DNA of 64,000 bases, taken from positions 54,089 through 118,088 of the forward strand of contig CAZEII010000007.1 in assembly GCA_964511835.1 (NCBI GenBank). The letters run 5' to 3'. The notes under the pieces were generated by a model. The model worked only from the letters and a program-made list of their open reading frames with translations. It was not told the DNA's origin and searched no databases. The stretch is from an uncultured Acidobacteriota bacterium. GTDB lineage: Bacteria > Acidobacteriota > Polarisedimenticolia > Polarisedimenticolales > DASRJG01. Below, one piece after another: positions 8,960 through 18,447 of the stretch. Position 1 is the stretch's first letter. Every line of letters starts with the position of its first letter. The translations under genes and the position numbers were made by a program.

Positions 8960-10606
8960 ATGAAGCTCATCGAATGCGTTCCGAATTTCAGCGAAGGGAG
9001 CGATCGCGCCGTGATCGACGCGATCGCAGCCGAGATCACCGCGACCCCCGGTGCGGTGCTGTTGGACGTCGATCCGGGAGTCGCCACCAATCGGACGGTC
9101 GTCACGTTCATCGGCGGCCCCGATGCGGTGGAGCAGGCGGCGTTCCGCGCCATCCGGAAGGCCGCGGCAACGATCGACATGACGAAGCATCGCGGCGAGC
9201 ACCCGCGCTTGGGCGCGACCGACGTCTGCCCGTTCGTTCCCGTTCAGGGCGCAACGATGGACGACTGCGTCGCCGTCGCGAAGCGGCTCGGCCGGCGCGT
9301 CGGCGAGGAGCTCGGTATTCCGGTCTACCTCTACGAGGCCGCAGCGACAACCCCGTCGCGCCGCTCGCTCGCGGACATCCGCAAGGGGGAATACGAGGCC
9401 CTGCCCGAGAAGATGAAGGATCCCTCGTTCGCTCCGGATTTCGGTCCCGCCCGGTTCAACTCGAAATCCGGCGCGACCGTCATCGGCGCGCGCGAATTCC
9501 TGATCGCCTACAACGTCAATCTGAACACCCGAGACAAGAAGCTCGCGACCGCCATCGCGCAGGCGATTCGGGAGGCCGGATCCTCGAAGCGCGGGCCCGA
9601 CGGCAAGCTCAGCGTCACACCGGGCCGGTTCAAGGAGTGCCGCGCGGTCGGCTGGTACATCGAGGAGTTCGGTCGGGCGCAAGTCTCGATCAACCTGACG
9701 AATTACAAGATCACGCCGGTTCACGCCGTCTTCGATGCAGTCTGCGAAGAAGCGGAGAAGCTCGGCCTGAGGGTCACGGGATCCGAGCTGGTCGGCCTGA
9801 TTCCGCGCGACGCACTGCTCGCGGCCGGCGACCACTATCTCTCCAAGCAGGGAAAGACGAGCGGAGTGCCCGAAAAGGAGCGCGTCCACACCTCGGTGCT
9901 CTCCCTGGGATTGTCCGAGCTCGCGCCGTTCGACCCCGGTCTCAAGGTGATCGAGTATCGCTACGCCGGAAAGCCGTCGGGGCTCGCCGCGATGAGTCTG
10001 TGCGACTTCGCCGACGAAGTCTCGAGCAGCTCCCCCGCTCCCGGAGGCGGAAGCGTCGCAGCGCTGTGCGGCGGCCTTTCGGCGGCGCTCTCGTCGATGG
10101 TCGCCGCGCTGGCTTGGCCGAAGCCCGGCATGGAGAGCGCTCGCCCTGTGCTGCGGTCCGCAGGAATCGAGGCGCAGTCCTTGAAAGACTGGTTCCTCGC
10201 AGCCGTCGAGCGCGACACCGAGGCTTTCAATGCCGTGCTCGCCGCCCGGCGACTACCGAAGGCGACCGACGACGACCTCGCCGCTCGCGACGCCGCCCTC
10301 GAGCGCGCGAGCCAGGGCGCTGCGCAAGTCCCGCTCGACGTTCTCGAGTCGTCCGTCAGGGCGTTGGAGCTCGCGCTCACGGCTGCCGCGAAGGGTCATC
10401 CAAGCTCGGCGTCGGATGCCGGCGTTGCGGGGGCGTGCGCGCTCGCCGCCGCGGAGGGAGCGTCGCTCAACGTGCGCATCAACACGCCGTCGTTGACCGA
10501 TCGGAAGGCGGCCGAGGATTTCGCACGCCGGCAGTCGAACGCGCTCGCTCGGGCGCGCGACCTGGCTGAGAGAGTTCGCGAGGCCGTCGACCGGGCGCTG
10601 AGCTAG
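8960..10606 (+). CDS. ftcD: bifunctional glutamate formimidoyltransferase / formimidoyltetrahydrofolate cyclodeaminase
   Basis: N-terminus MKLIECVPNFSEGSD is typical of the formiminotransferase domain. The C-terminal helical cyclodeaminase-like part reads (SSSPAPGGGSVAALCGGLSAALSSMV). The internal ATG of track ORF 8918..10606 was chosen as start. Confidence 0.85.
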   Translation: MKLIECVPNFSEGSDRAVIDAIAAEITATPGAVLLDVDPGVATNRTVVTFIGGPDAVEQAAFRAIRKAAATIDMTKHRGEHPRLGATDVCPFVPVQGATMDDCVAVAKRLGRRVGEELGIPVYLYEAAATTPSRRSLADIRKGEYEALPEKMKDPSFAPDFGPARFNSKSGATVIGAREFLIAYNVNLNTRDKKLATAIAQAIREAGSSKRGPDGKLSVTPGRFKECRAVGWYIEEFGRAQVSINLTNYKITPVHAVFDAVCEEAEKLGLRVTGSELVGLIPRDALLAAGDHYLSKQGKTSGVPEKERVHTSVLSLGLSELAPFDPGLKVIEYRYAGKPSGLAAMSLCDFADEVSSSSPAPGGGSVAALCGGLSAALSSMVAALAWPKPGMESARPVLRSAGIEAQSLKDWFLAAVERDTEAFNAVLAARRLPKATDDDLAARDAALERASQGAAQVPLDVLESSVRALELALTAAAKGHPSSASDAGVAGACALAAAEGASLNVRINTPSLTDRKAAEDFARRQSNALARARDLAERVREAVDRALS

Positions 10607-10613
10607 TCGATGA

Positions 10614-11666
10614 TCAGTTCTGGGCTTCAGGCGGCTCGACCATCGAGAGCCGGTAGATCGTTCCGCGCTTGCTACCGATGCGCTCCAGGAGACCCCTGTC
10701 GACGAGGCGGCGGAGGTTGTCCTTGAGTGTGTTCCGATTCGCTCCGGTCGCCGCCATCAAGAGCGACGCGGCCCCGGTTCCGTTCTCGCGGATGGCGTCG
10801 AGGATGGCCCGCTGCAACGGAGGGAGCTCGCGGGCGCGCGTCTCCAAGTCGATCTTGGCTTGCAGTCGCATCGCCAGCGCCTGGAAGGATTCGAGGAAGA
10901 ACGATATCCACGGAGTGAGGTCCGCCTCGTCGGTCCAGATCTTGGTTTGCGCTCCGTCGATCGCGTCGTAGTAGCTGAACCTCATCTCTTCGAAGACGCG
11001 CTCGAGGCTCGCGTAGTCGGCGAAGCCGTACCCCGCACGCCGCAACAAGTGAGGCAGGATCACCCGCGCCGTGCGGCCGTTGGCCCGCTCGAATGGGCTG
11101 ATGGAGGTGTAGTAGATGAAGAACGTCCCCACGACGAGCACAGGGTGATGCTCGCCGCCGCGCATCTCGATCTCGAGCCAGGAGACGAGGTCCTCGATCT
11201 TGTCTTGAAGCAATCGTGGCGGTAAAGTCTGTAGCACTCGTCCCTGGGCGCGGCCTTCGGCATCGAACACTTCGAGATGAAGAGGGGCCTCGCGCAGAGA
11301 GCTCGGGGAGGGAGGATTGCCGGCTTTGCCCAATACGACCGCGTTCACCGCTGCCAGCTCTTCGAGGGTGACGATCGGACTCGAGGCGGGAAACGACCGG
11401 TCGATGGCGGCGGCGTACCCGACCAGCTCCGCCCGTTCCGGGGCGGTAGCGGTCAGGCCCGCGAGGATGGTGCTCACCTCCGACTCGGTGGCCCGTATCC
11501 CGGCGATCCGGCACGAGGCAGCGACGGACTGGACGCGCGCGGCCTGGCGAAGTCGAGCCAGCGCCTCTGGTGAGACGGCCGTACCCCCCGCCCAAATGGT
11601 CCGAAACTGGCCGATTCTAGCTAGCGCTTTGAGGATTTCTGGGTTGACGGGAATTTTCACGTCCAT
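10614..11666 (-). CDS. Fic-family protein with degenerate active-site motif and C-terminal winged-helix domain
   Basis: The Fic core region reads HPVLVVGTFFIYYTSISPFERANGRTARV. The canonical HxFx(D/E)GNGRxxR is replaced by SPFERANGRTAR. The C-terminus LQRAILDAIRENG...LRRLVDRGLLERIGSKRGTIYRL is wHTH-like. Confidence 0.8.
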   Translation of the reverse strand: MDVKIPVNPEILKALARIGQFRTIWAGGTAVSPEALARLRQAARVQSVAASCRIAGIRATESEVSTILAGLTATAPERAELVGYAAAIDRSFPASSPIVTLEELAAVNAVVLGKAGNPPSPSSLREAPLHLEVFDAEGRAQGRVLQTLPPRLLQDKIEDLVSWLEIEMRGGEHHPVLVVGTFFIYYTSISPFERANGRTARVILPHLLRRAGYGFADYASLERVFEEMRFSYYDAIDGAQTKIWTDEADLTPWISFFLESFQALAMRLQAKIDLETRARELPPLQRAILDAIRENGTGAASLLMAATGANRNTLKDNLRRLVDRGLLERIGSKRGTIYRLSMVEPPEAQN

Positions 11667-11822
11667 TTCACCCAATTCTCCACCCAAATCAGGCCACCCC
11701 CTTACGGGAGGATGGGGAACGCCGGGTCCCGCTCAAGAGCCGTCGTGGCACCGATGATAGACGATCCTCATATTCAAGTCCCGAAGATCGGTAAGAACAC
11801 CCGTTCTCGGTGGAGAACTCTC

Positions 11823-12611
11823 ATGAGCGGTCACCCCGAAAGTACAAACCGCCAGGGCTTCAGGTTCAGGACGGGAGTGCCGGCGGAATTCCGAGACGCC
11901 GGGACGGCTATCACCTGCGAAGCCCAAAATATTAGCCGGAGCGGGGCCCTCTTGGTCGGCGATTTTCAGCCGCCCTCCACGGAAATCATCGAATTCACCC
12001 TACGCGCCCCGTCCGGATCGCTGGCGGTCAACCTCGTGGGCCGCATTATTCGCGTCTCACCCAACACGGGGGGCGACGGCCTGCGAATGGGCCTCGAATA
12101 CGTGGATCTGACTGCGGAGCAGCGGGATACGTTGGAGCTTCTGCTCGCGCGCCTCCTGGAGACTCCGACAGGAGGGCCTTTCGACCATCTCAAACCGGGC
12201 GCATCGACGACCGAGATCAAAAAGGCTCTCGATGCGATACCACTCCCCCAGCGCGTCGCGCTGGCCTCGCGGGCAAACGCTAAGGATCGCGAATACCTGC
12301 GGGCCGATACCAATCCCGGGGTCTTGGAGGCGTTGGCGCACAACCCGCACCTGACCGTCGCCGAGGCTTGCGCGCTGGCCTCGTCACAGCACGTCTTGGC
12401 GGGGACGCTCGAGACGCTCGCCAACGACACGAGGCTCCATACGGACGAGGAGCTCTTCTTCACCATCGCTCGGCATCCGCGGATCTCTCCGGTCACCATC
12501 GAAAAGATCGTGACGAGCCTGAAGGTACCGCAGCTCAAGAGGCTGCTGACGAAGCCGGGTCTGAACCAGATCCTTCGCGAGAAGTTGATCAAGAAGACGA
12601 ATTTGCGCTGA
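11823..12611 (+). CDS. PilZ domain protein with C-terminal helical-repeat region
   Basis: RQGFRFR ... QNISRSGALL matches the PilZ RxxxR / (D/N)xSxxG motifs. GGTGGAG lies 7 nt upstream of the ATG. Confidence 0.7.
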   Translation: MSGHPESTNRQGFRFRTGVPAEFRDAGTAITCEAQNISRSGALLVGDFQPPSTEIIEFTLRAPSGSLAVNLVGRIIRVSPNTGGDGLRMGLEYVDLTAEQRDTLELLLARLLETPTGGPFDHLKPGASTTEIKKALDAIPLPQRVALASRANAKDREYLRADTNPGVLEALAHNPHLTVAEACALASSQHVLAGTLETLANDTRLHTDEELFFTIARHPRISPVTIEKIVTSLKVPQLKRLLTKPGLNQILREKLIKKTNLR

Positions 12612-12627
12612 GCCGCGGTCTTGCGAC

Positions 12628-13875
12628 TCAGGCTTCGCCCAGGTCGTACACGACCATCCCCGATCGCAGCTTCGGCTCGAACCAGGTGCTCTTGGGGGGC
12701 ATGACATCGCCCGCGTCGGCGACCCGCATGACGTCGTCGAGGCTCGTCGGGTACATGGCGAACGCTACGGCGTGCTCCCCGGAGTCCACCCGCCGCGAGA
12801 GCTCGTCGACCCCTCGGATCCCCCCTGAGAACGCGATGCGCGGATCGGTCCGAGGATCCTCGACGCCCAGAATCGGTCCGAGGATCCGCTCTTGAAGGAC
12901 TGAGACATCCAGGCTCTTCACCGGATCGTCCGGGTGGACGGTACCCGGTCGAGCGGTGACGAGACGCCACATGCCGCCGAGGTACATCCCGAACGAAGCT
13001 CGCGCCGGCGGACGCTTCGCCGGCCACGGTTCCTCGACGTCGAACCCTTCCGCGGCAATCCGGGCGACCAAGCGTGACGAGTCCAGACCGTTGAGGTCGC
13101 GGACGAGGCGGTTGTAGTCGAGGATCGCGAGCTCGGCCGCCGGGAAATGAACACTGAGAAACCGGTTGAACGGCTCGTTCCCGGAGACGATTCTCGCGCG
13201 CGCTCGCCGCATCGTCGCGAGGCGCGCGTACGCCGCGGCGCGATGATGACCGTCGGCGACATAGCTGACCGGGATCGCGGCGAGCGCCGATTCGAGCTTC
13301 GCCGCCGCCGTGGGGTCGTCGACGACCCAGAGCGCGTGGCCGATGCCGTCCACCGCTCGAAACTCCACGTCCGCGCGGCGCCCGGTCCCCGCCGCGACCA
13401 TGGCGTCGATCTCGGCGCGGCCTCGGTACGCCAGAAACACCGGCCCCGGATGGGCGTCGATCGCCTCCGCATGACGAGTCCGGTCGTCTTCCTTGTCCGG
13501 ACGAGTGTGCTCGTGCTTCTTGATGCGCCCCAGCAGAAAGTCATCGACCGACGCAGCTCCGACAACGCCGGTTTGCGCGCGATCGCCCATCCACTGCCGG
13601 TAAAGGTAGAAGGCCGGACGCGGATCGCGGACGAGCCAGCCGGCCGCTCGCATGGCCCGAAAATTCTCACGCGCCTTGGCGTAGACGCGCTCGTCGGCAG
13701 GACCGATGGCCGGGTCGAGATCGATCTCGGATTTGACGACGTGCAAGAACGTGTAAGGGTCGCCCTTGGCCAGTGCCCTCGCTTCGTCTGAGTCCAGGAC
13801 GTCGTAGGGAAGGGACGGGATCCTCGCGGCGAGGTCGGCTCTCGGCCGCAGGCCGCGAAAGGGCCTCACATTCAT
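12628..13875 (-). CDS. DUF1015 family protein
   Basis: The N-terminus MNVRPFRGLRPRADLAARIPSLPYDVLDSDEAR and YVADGHHR are characteristic of DUF1015. Confidence 0.8.
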   Translation of the reverse strand: MNVRPFRGLRPRADLAARIPSLPYDVLDSDEARALAKGDPYTFLHVVKSEIDLDPAIGPADERVYAKARENFRAMRAAGWLVRDPRPAFYLYRQWMGDRAQTGVVGAASVDDFLLGRIKKHEHTRPDKEDDRTRHAEAIDAHPGPVFLAYRGRAEIDAMVAAGTGRRADVEFRAVDGIGHALWVVDDPTAAAKLESALAAIPVSYVADGHHRAAAYARLATMRRARARIVSGNEPFNRFLSVHFPAAELAILDYNRLVRDLNGLDSSRLVARIAAEGFDVEEPWPAKRPPARASFGMYLGGMWRLVTARPGTVHPDDPVKSLDVSVLQERILGPILGVEDPRTDPRIAFSGGIRGVDELSRRVDSGEHAVAFAMYPTSLDDVMRVADAGDVMPPKSTWFEPKLRSGMVVYDLGEA

Positions 13876-13913
13876 CTCCAGATCTCCCCGGCGGAGGTTA
13901 ACATGCGATCGTC

Positions 13914-15302
13914 ATGAGAATCGTCTTCGCGGCTATGGTGCCTCTGTGCCTTGCGGTCGCCGTGATCGGCGCGGACAACGCCGAGCCGGTGCCGCGTATC
14001 GTGGATGCGGGCCTCAGGAGCGAGCAGGCCTACCGGAAGCTCTCCTGGCTCACCGACCGCATCGGTCCTCGCCTGTCCGGATCCGACAATCTCAACGCCG
14101 CGATCGCATGGACCCAGGCCGAGATGAAAAGGGACGGACTCGTCAACGTCGGTGCCGAGCGCGCGATGGTTCCTCACTGGGTGCGCGGCGAGGCGAGTGG
14201 AAGGATCCTCGCTCCCGCGCCGCATCCGATGGAGATCCTGGCGCTCGGCATGAGCGACGGTACGCCGCCCGAGGGGATCGCGGCGGACGTCATCGAGGTG
14301 TCGAGCCTCGAGGACGTTCAGGCGCTGGGCGACAAGGCCAAGGGAAAGATCGTCTTGTTCAACAAGAAGATCTTTCCCAACGGGGGAGACGATCGGGGCT
14401 ACGGCTCGGCGGCGGGCCTCCGCCACAAGGGGGCCGCCGCATCCGCGAAGGTCGGCGCGGTCGGTATGCTGATTCGCTCGCTGGCGACGGCCGATCTCAG
14501 GCTCCCGCACACGGGCTCGATGGAATACGAAGACGGCGTGCCGCACATCCCTGCCGCAGCGATCGCTCCGGAGGACGCCGAGCTGATTCACCGCTTTCTC
14601 GCCGCCGGCGAGACGGTCAAGGTCACGTTCACACTGTCGTGCAAGAACCTTCCCGACACCGAATCGGCGAACGTGGTCGGCGAAGTCCGTGGGAGCGAGA
14701 AGCCCGACGAGATCGTCGTGATCGGGGGCCACCTCGACTCGTGGGACGTCGGCACGGGAGCGCAGGACGACGGGGCCGGTTGCGCGGTCGTCATGGAGGC
14801 CGCGCGGTTGATCCGGTCGCTGGCCCTGAAGCCGAAGCGGACGATACGGGTCGTGCTCTTCACGAATGAAGAGAACGGGCTGCGCGGAGGCATCGCCTAC
14901 GCGAATACGCACGCGGCGGAGCTGTCGAAGCACGTCGCCGCGATCGAATCCGACTCCGGAGGGGCACGACCTCAAGGCTTCGGGGTCACCGCCGGACCCG
15001 GCGCCGTCGAGGTCGTCCGGAGACTGGCAGCCCCGCTCGCGCCGATCGCCGCGGACGACGTGCAGGCGGGCGGCGGCGGCGCGGACATTTCGAAGTTGGC
15101 CGATGCCGGGGTTCCCCAGCTCGGGCTTCGTCAAGACGGGACCCATTACTTCGACGTTCACCACACGATGGCCGACACGCTCGACAAGGTCGACCCGCAC
15201 GACCTTGCGATGAACGCGACGGCGATGGCGCTGATGGCCTGGCAGCTCGCGAACCTCGATCCGCCGCTCGCCCGCCCCGAACCGGCGCCTTCCAAGCCCT
15301 AG
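13914..15302 (+). CDS. M28 family aminopeptidase, secreted
   Basis: GGHLDSWDVGTGAQDDGAG and LFTNEENGLRG metal-ligand motifs, plus a signal peptide. Confidence 0.85.
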   Translation: MRIVFAAMVPLCLAVAVIGADNAEPVPRIVDAGLRSEQAYRKLSWLTDRIGPRLSGSDNLNAAIAWTQAEMKRDGLVNVGAERAMVPHWVRGEASGRILAPAPHPMEILALGMSDGTPPEGIAADVIEVSSLEDVQALGDKAKGKIVLFNKKIFPNGGDDRGYGSAAGLRHKGAAASAKVGAVGMLIRSLATADLRLPHTGSMEYEDGVPHIPAAAIAPEDAELIHRFLAAGETVKVTFTLSCKNLPDTESANVVGEVRGSEKPDEIVVIGGHLDSWDVGTGAQDDGAGCAVVMEAARLIRSLALKPKRTIRVVLFTNEENGLRGGIAYANTHAAELSKHVAAIESDSGGARPQGFGVTAGPGAVEVVRRLAAPLAPIAADDVQAGGGGADISKLADAGVPQLGLRQDGTHYFDVHHTMADTLDKVDPHDLAMNATAMALMAWQLANLDPPLARPEPAPSKP

Positions 15303-16231
15303 CGGTCCGAAAGCTCGAAGCCGGCGACCAGCTCGCGCGCCGGCACGGGCGTCGCCGTCGGCCTCAAGCCGTGGCGATGCGCGAGCTGCCCAACCACCAC
15401 CTCGGCCGACATTCCCGCATCGCACAGCTCCTGGAGCGTGACGCCCCGGTGGCGTTTCGAGAGCCGCACTCCGTCGTCTCCCAAGAGAAGCGGGACGTGA
15501 CCGAAGGCTGGCGGTGCCGCATCGAGAGCGCGGTAAATGAGAATCTGCCGGACCGTCGAGGGCAGCAGGTCGTCTCCGCGAACGACTTCGGTGATCTTCA
15601 TCGCGATGTCGTCGACGACGACGGCGAGCTGGTAGGCGGGCACGCCGTCCGCGCGGCGCACGACGAAATCTCCGATCGAGCCGGGATCGGCCTCGTGGGG
15701 GCCATGCACGAGGTCGACGAACGCCTCGATCTCGTCAGGCTCGACGCGGAATCGCCACGCGTGCGCGCGCCCCGCGTCGATGCGGCCCCTCACCTCGGAG
15801 TCGGAAAGGTCGCGGCACGTCCCGGGATACAACGCCTCGTCCCCTGGCGCCTGCGGAGCGCTCGCGGCCGAGCGAACATCCTTGCGGCTGCAGAAGCAGG
15901 GATAAACCCGACGCGCGGCGAGCAGCTTCGCGAACGCGGCGTCGTAAAGCGCTCTCCGTTCGCTCTGCGCGTAGGGCGCATGCGGACCCCCGACGTCCGG
16001 TCCTTCGTCCCAGTCGAGGCCGAGCCAGCGAAGGTCGCGAAGGATCGCTTCGGCCGAGCCGACGACGACTCGGGGACGATCGAGATCCTCCATGCGCACC
16101 ACGTAGGCGCCGCCCTTCGCCCGCACCGAGAGCCAAGCGAGGACCGCCGTCGAGGCGTTCCCGAGGTGGGTCCTCCCCGTCGGGCTGGGGGCGTAACGGC
16201 CGCGTGGATTCATGCCCGCGAACGATGCCAC
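15299..16231 (-). CDS. gluQ: glutamyl-Q tRNA(Asp) synthetase
   Basis: RYAPSPTGRTHLGN (HIGH-like) and VRLSKRH (KMSKS-like). The truncated GluRS size of 310 aa fits. The start may be the downstream MNPRG. Confidence 0.85.
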   Translation of the reverse strand: MASFAGMNPRGRYAPSPTGRTHLGNASTAVLAWLSVRAKGGAYVVRMEDLDRPRVVVGSAEAILRDLRWLGLDWDEGPDVGGPHAPYAQSERRALYDAAFAKLLAARRVYPCFCSRKDVRSAASAPQAPGDEALYPGTCRDLSDSEVRGRIDAGRAHAWRFRVEPDEIEAFVDLVHGPHEADPGSIGDFVVRRADGVPAYQLAVVVDDIAMKITEVVRGDDLLPSTVRQILIYRALDAAPPAFGHVPLLLGDDGVRLSKRHRGVTLQELCDAGMSAEVVVGQLAHRHGLRPTATPVPARELVAGFELSDR

Positions 16232-16309
16232 AGGGCGCGGTCCGGGGCGTCCCTCCTAGGTTTTTGGCGACCGGTTGCGCCTCGAGGTCCCGCGACCGAA
16301 ATTGCCCAC

Positions 16310-16618
16310 ATGAGACGACAAGGCGGCGGATTCGGGTTCGTGATCTTGCTCGTGGTTCTCGCGGTCGTGTTCTATCTCGCGATGAGCAATTTCAAGTCGG
16401 TCGCCCCCGAGGCGATGGAGATCCAGAAGCACAACAGGGCCAGAAAGGCCGGTCAAGACGTGCGCCCCGAGGATCTCCAGCCGAAGCCTCAATCGACGTC
16501 CGCCTCGGGCGACTCGTGGAATCCGACTCCGCCGTCGCGCCCGAACTTGAGCACGATGGACCAGAAGACCTCGGAACACAGCGCCGACGTCAAGGACGCC
16601 CTCTCGCAGGCCAACTGA
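16310..16618 (+). CDS. small membrane-anchored protein, hypothetical
   Basis: Internal ATG of track ORF 15371..16618: MRRQGGGFGFVILLVVLAVVFYLAMSNFK..., one TM helix plus a low-complexity tail. Confidence 0.5.
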   Translation: MRRQGGGFGFVILLVVLAVVFYLAMSNFKSVAPEAMEIQKHNRARKAGQDVRPEDLQPKPQSTSASGDSWNPTPPSRPNLSTMDQKTSEHSADVKDALSQAN

Positions 16619-16682
16619 CCCGGCAGCTAGAATGCCGCCTCCCCGGCCGCGAACGTGCGGTCGCGGTCCCCGCGAGGCGGTC

Positions 16683-18308
16683 ATGCCCAACGGCATCATC
16701 GACGTTCCGATTCCGAAGAACGAGCCCGTCCTGGGTTACTCGCCGGGAAGCTCGGAGCGGCAGGAGCTCGCCGAAACGATGACGGCGATGTCGCAGCGGC
16801 CGATCGACATCGTTCCGGTGATCGCCGGCCGCCGTGTGAAGACCGGCAACATCGGAAAGGCCGTCAAGCCCCACGACCACAAGCACGTGCTTGCGAATTG
16901 GCACCGCGCCGGAGGACGCGATGTTGCGCGCGCGATCGCCGCGGCGCGCGAGGCGCACACCGCATGGTCTCGGATGCCCTGGGAGTCCCGCGCCGCGATC
17001 TTCCTCAAGGCCGCGGACCTTCTCGCCGGGCCGTGGCGGATGACGCTCAACGCCGCGACGATGCTGGGGCAAAGCAAGACGTGCCACCAGGCCGAGATCG
17101 ACTCCGCCTGTGAGCTGATCGACTTCTTCCGCTTCAACGTGCACTACATGCGCGAGATCTACGCGAAGCAGCCGTCGTCGTCGCCCGGGATGTGGAACAC
17201 CTTGGAGTACCGTGCCCTCGAAGGCTTCGTCTTTGCGGTCACTCCGTTCAACTTCACGTCGATCGCCGGCAACCTGCCGACCGCCCCCGCCTTGATGGGA
17301 AACACCGTCGTGTGGAAACCTGCATCGTCGGCCGTTTATTCCGCTTGGTTCATCATGCAGCTGCTCGAGGAGGCGGGCCTGCCCCCGGGTGTGATCAACT
17401 TCGTTCCGGGCTCAGCGGGCGAGGTGGGAGATCCGGTGCTCGCGAGCCAGGAACTCGCTGGAATCCACTTCACCGGCTCGACGGCCGTGTTTCAGGGGAT
17501 GTGGCGGACCGTCGGCGCCAACATCGCGCACTACAAGAGCTACCCGCGCCTCGTGGGCGAAACGGGGGGGAAGGATTTCGTGTTCGCCCACCCCTCGGCG
17601 GACGCAGACGCGTTGGTCACGGGGCTCGTGCGCGGAAGCTTCGAATTCCAGGGGCAGAAGTGCTCAGCCGCGTCGCGCGCCTATATCCCCGTGTCCCTCT
17701 GGCCTCGGGTGGAGAAGGGGCTCATCTCCCAAATCGCGGAGATCTCCGTCGGCGACCCCGCCGATTTCCGGAACTTCATGGGAGCCGTCATCGACGCCGC
17801 CGCCTTCAAGACGATCAAGGGATACGTCGATTTTGCACGGCGCTCGAGGGACGCCTCGCTCGTGACGGGTGGCGGGTGCGACGATCGGAAGGGGTACTTC
17901 ATCGAACCGACGGTGATTCGCACGAAGCGCCCCGACTTCAAGTTGATGCGGGAGGAGATCTTCGGCCCGATCCTGACGGTCTACGTCTACCCCGACGCGC
18001 GACTCGACGAGACGCTCGCCCTGTGCGATTCGAGCTCTCCCTACGCCCTCACCGGAGCGATCTTCGCCCAGGACCGGTATGCCATCGTGCGCATGACGGA
18101 CGCGCTGACGCACGCGGCGGGAAACTTCTACATCAACGACAAGCCGACGGGCGCCGTCGTCGGTCAGCAGCCCTTCGGCGGGAGCCGGGCCTCCGGAACC
18201 AACGACAAGGCGGGCAGCTATCTCAATTTGACCCGCTGGACCAGCGCGCGGGCGATCAAAGAGACCTTCGTGCCCCCGAGACACTTCGGTTACCCGTTCC
18301 TCGGGTAG
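16683..18308 (+). CDS. pruA: L-glutamate gamma-semialdehyde (1-pyrroline-5-carboxylate) dehydrogenase
   Basis: Aldehyde-dehydrogenase fold with FEFQGQKCSAASR (catalytic Cys) and EIFGPIL. The N-terminus MPNGIIDVPIPKNEPVLGYSPGS is typical of P5CDH. Confidence 0.9.
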   Translation: MPNGIIDVPIPKNEPVLGYSPGSSERQELAETMTAMSQRPIDIVPVIAGRRVKTGNIGKAVKPHDHKHVLANWHRAGGRDVARAIAAAREAHTAWSRMPWESRAAIFLKAADLLAGPWRMTLNAATMLGQSKTCHQAEIDSACELIDFFRFNVHYMREIYAKQPSSSPGMWNTLEYRALEGFVFAVTPFNFTSIAGNLPTAPALMGNTVVWKPASSAVYSAWFIMQLLEEAGLPPGVINFVPGSAGEVGDPVLASQELAGIHFTGSTAVFQGMWRTVGANIAHYKSYPRLVGETGGKDFVFAHPSADADALVTGLVRGSFEFQGQKCSAASRAYIPVSLWPRVEKGLISQIAEISVGDPADFRNFMGAVIDAAAFKTIKGYVDFARRSRDASLVTGGGCDDRKGYFIEPTVIRTKRPDFKLMREEIFGPILTVYVYPDARLDETLALCDSSSPYALTGAIFAQDRYAIVRMTDALTHAAGNFYINDKPTGAVVGQQPFGGSRASGTNDKAGSYLNLTRWTSARAIKETFVPPRHFGYPFLG

Positions 18309-18447
18309 CCCTCGAGACGCCGAATTCCGACGGACCTGCGGGCATTTTCGAAAAAAACCGTTCCGGTCTCTTGCCCGGGCCCGGTCCGTAGGGCAGCATG
18401 ATGGTCGTCCGAATTCTTTATACAAAACTGGGGAGCCCGACCTGAGC

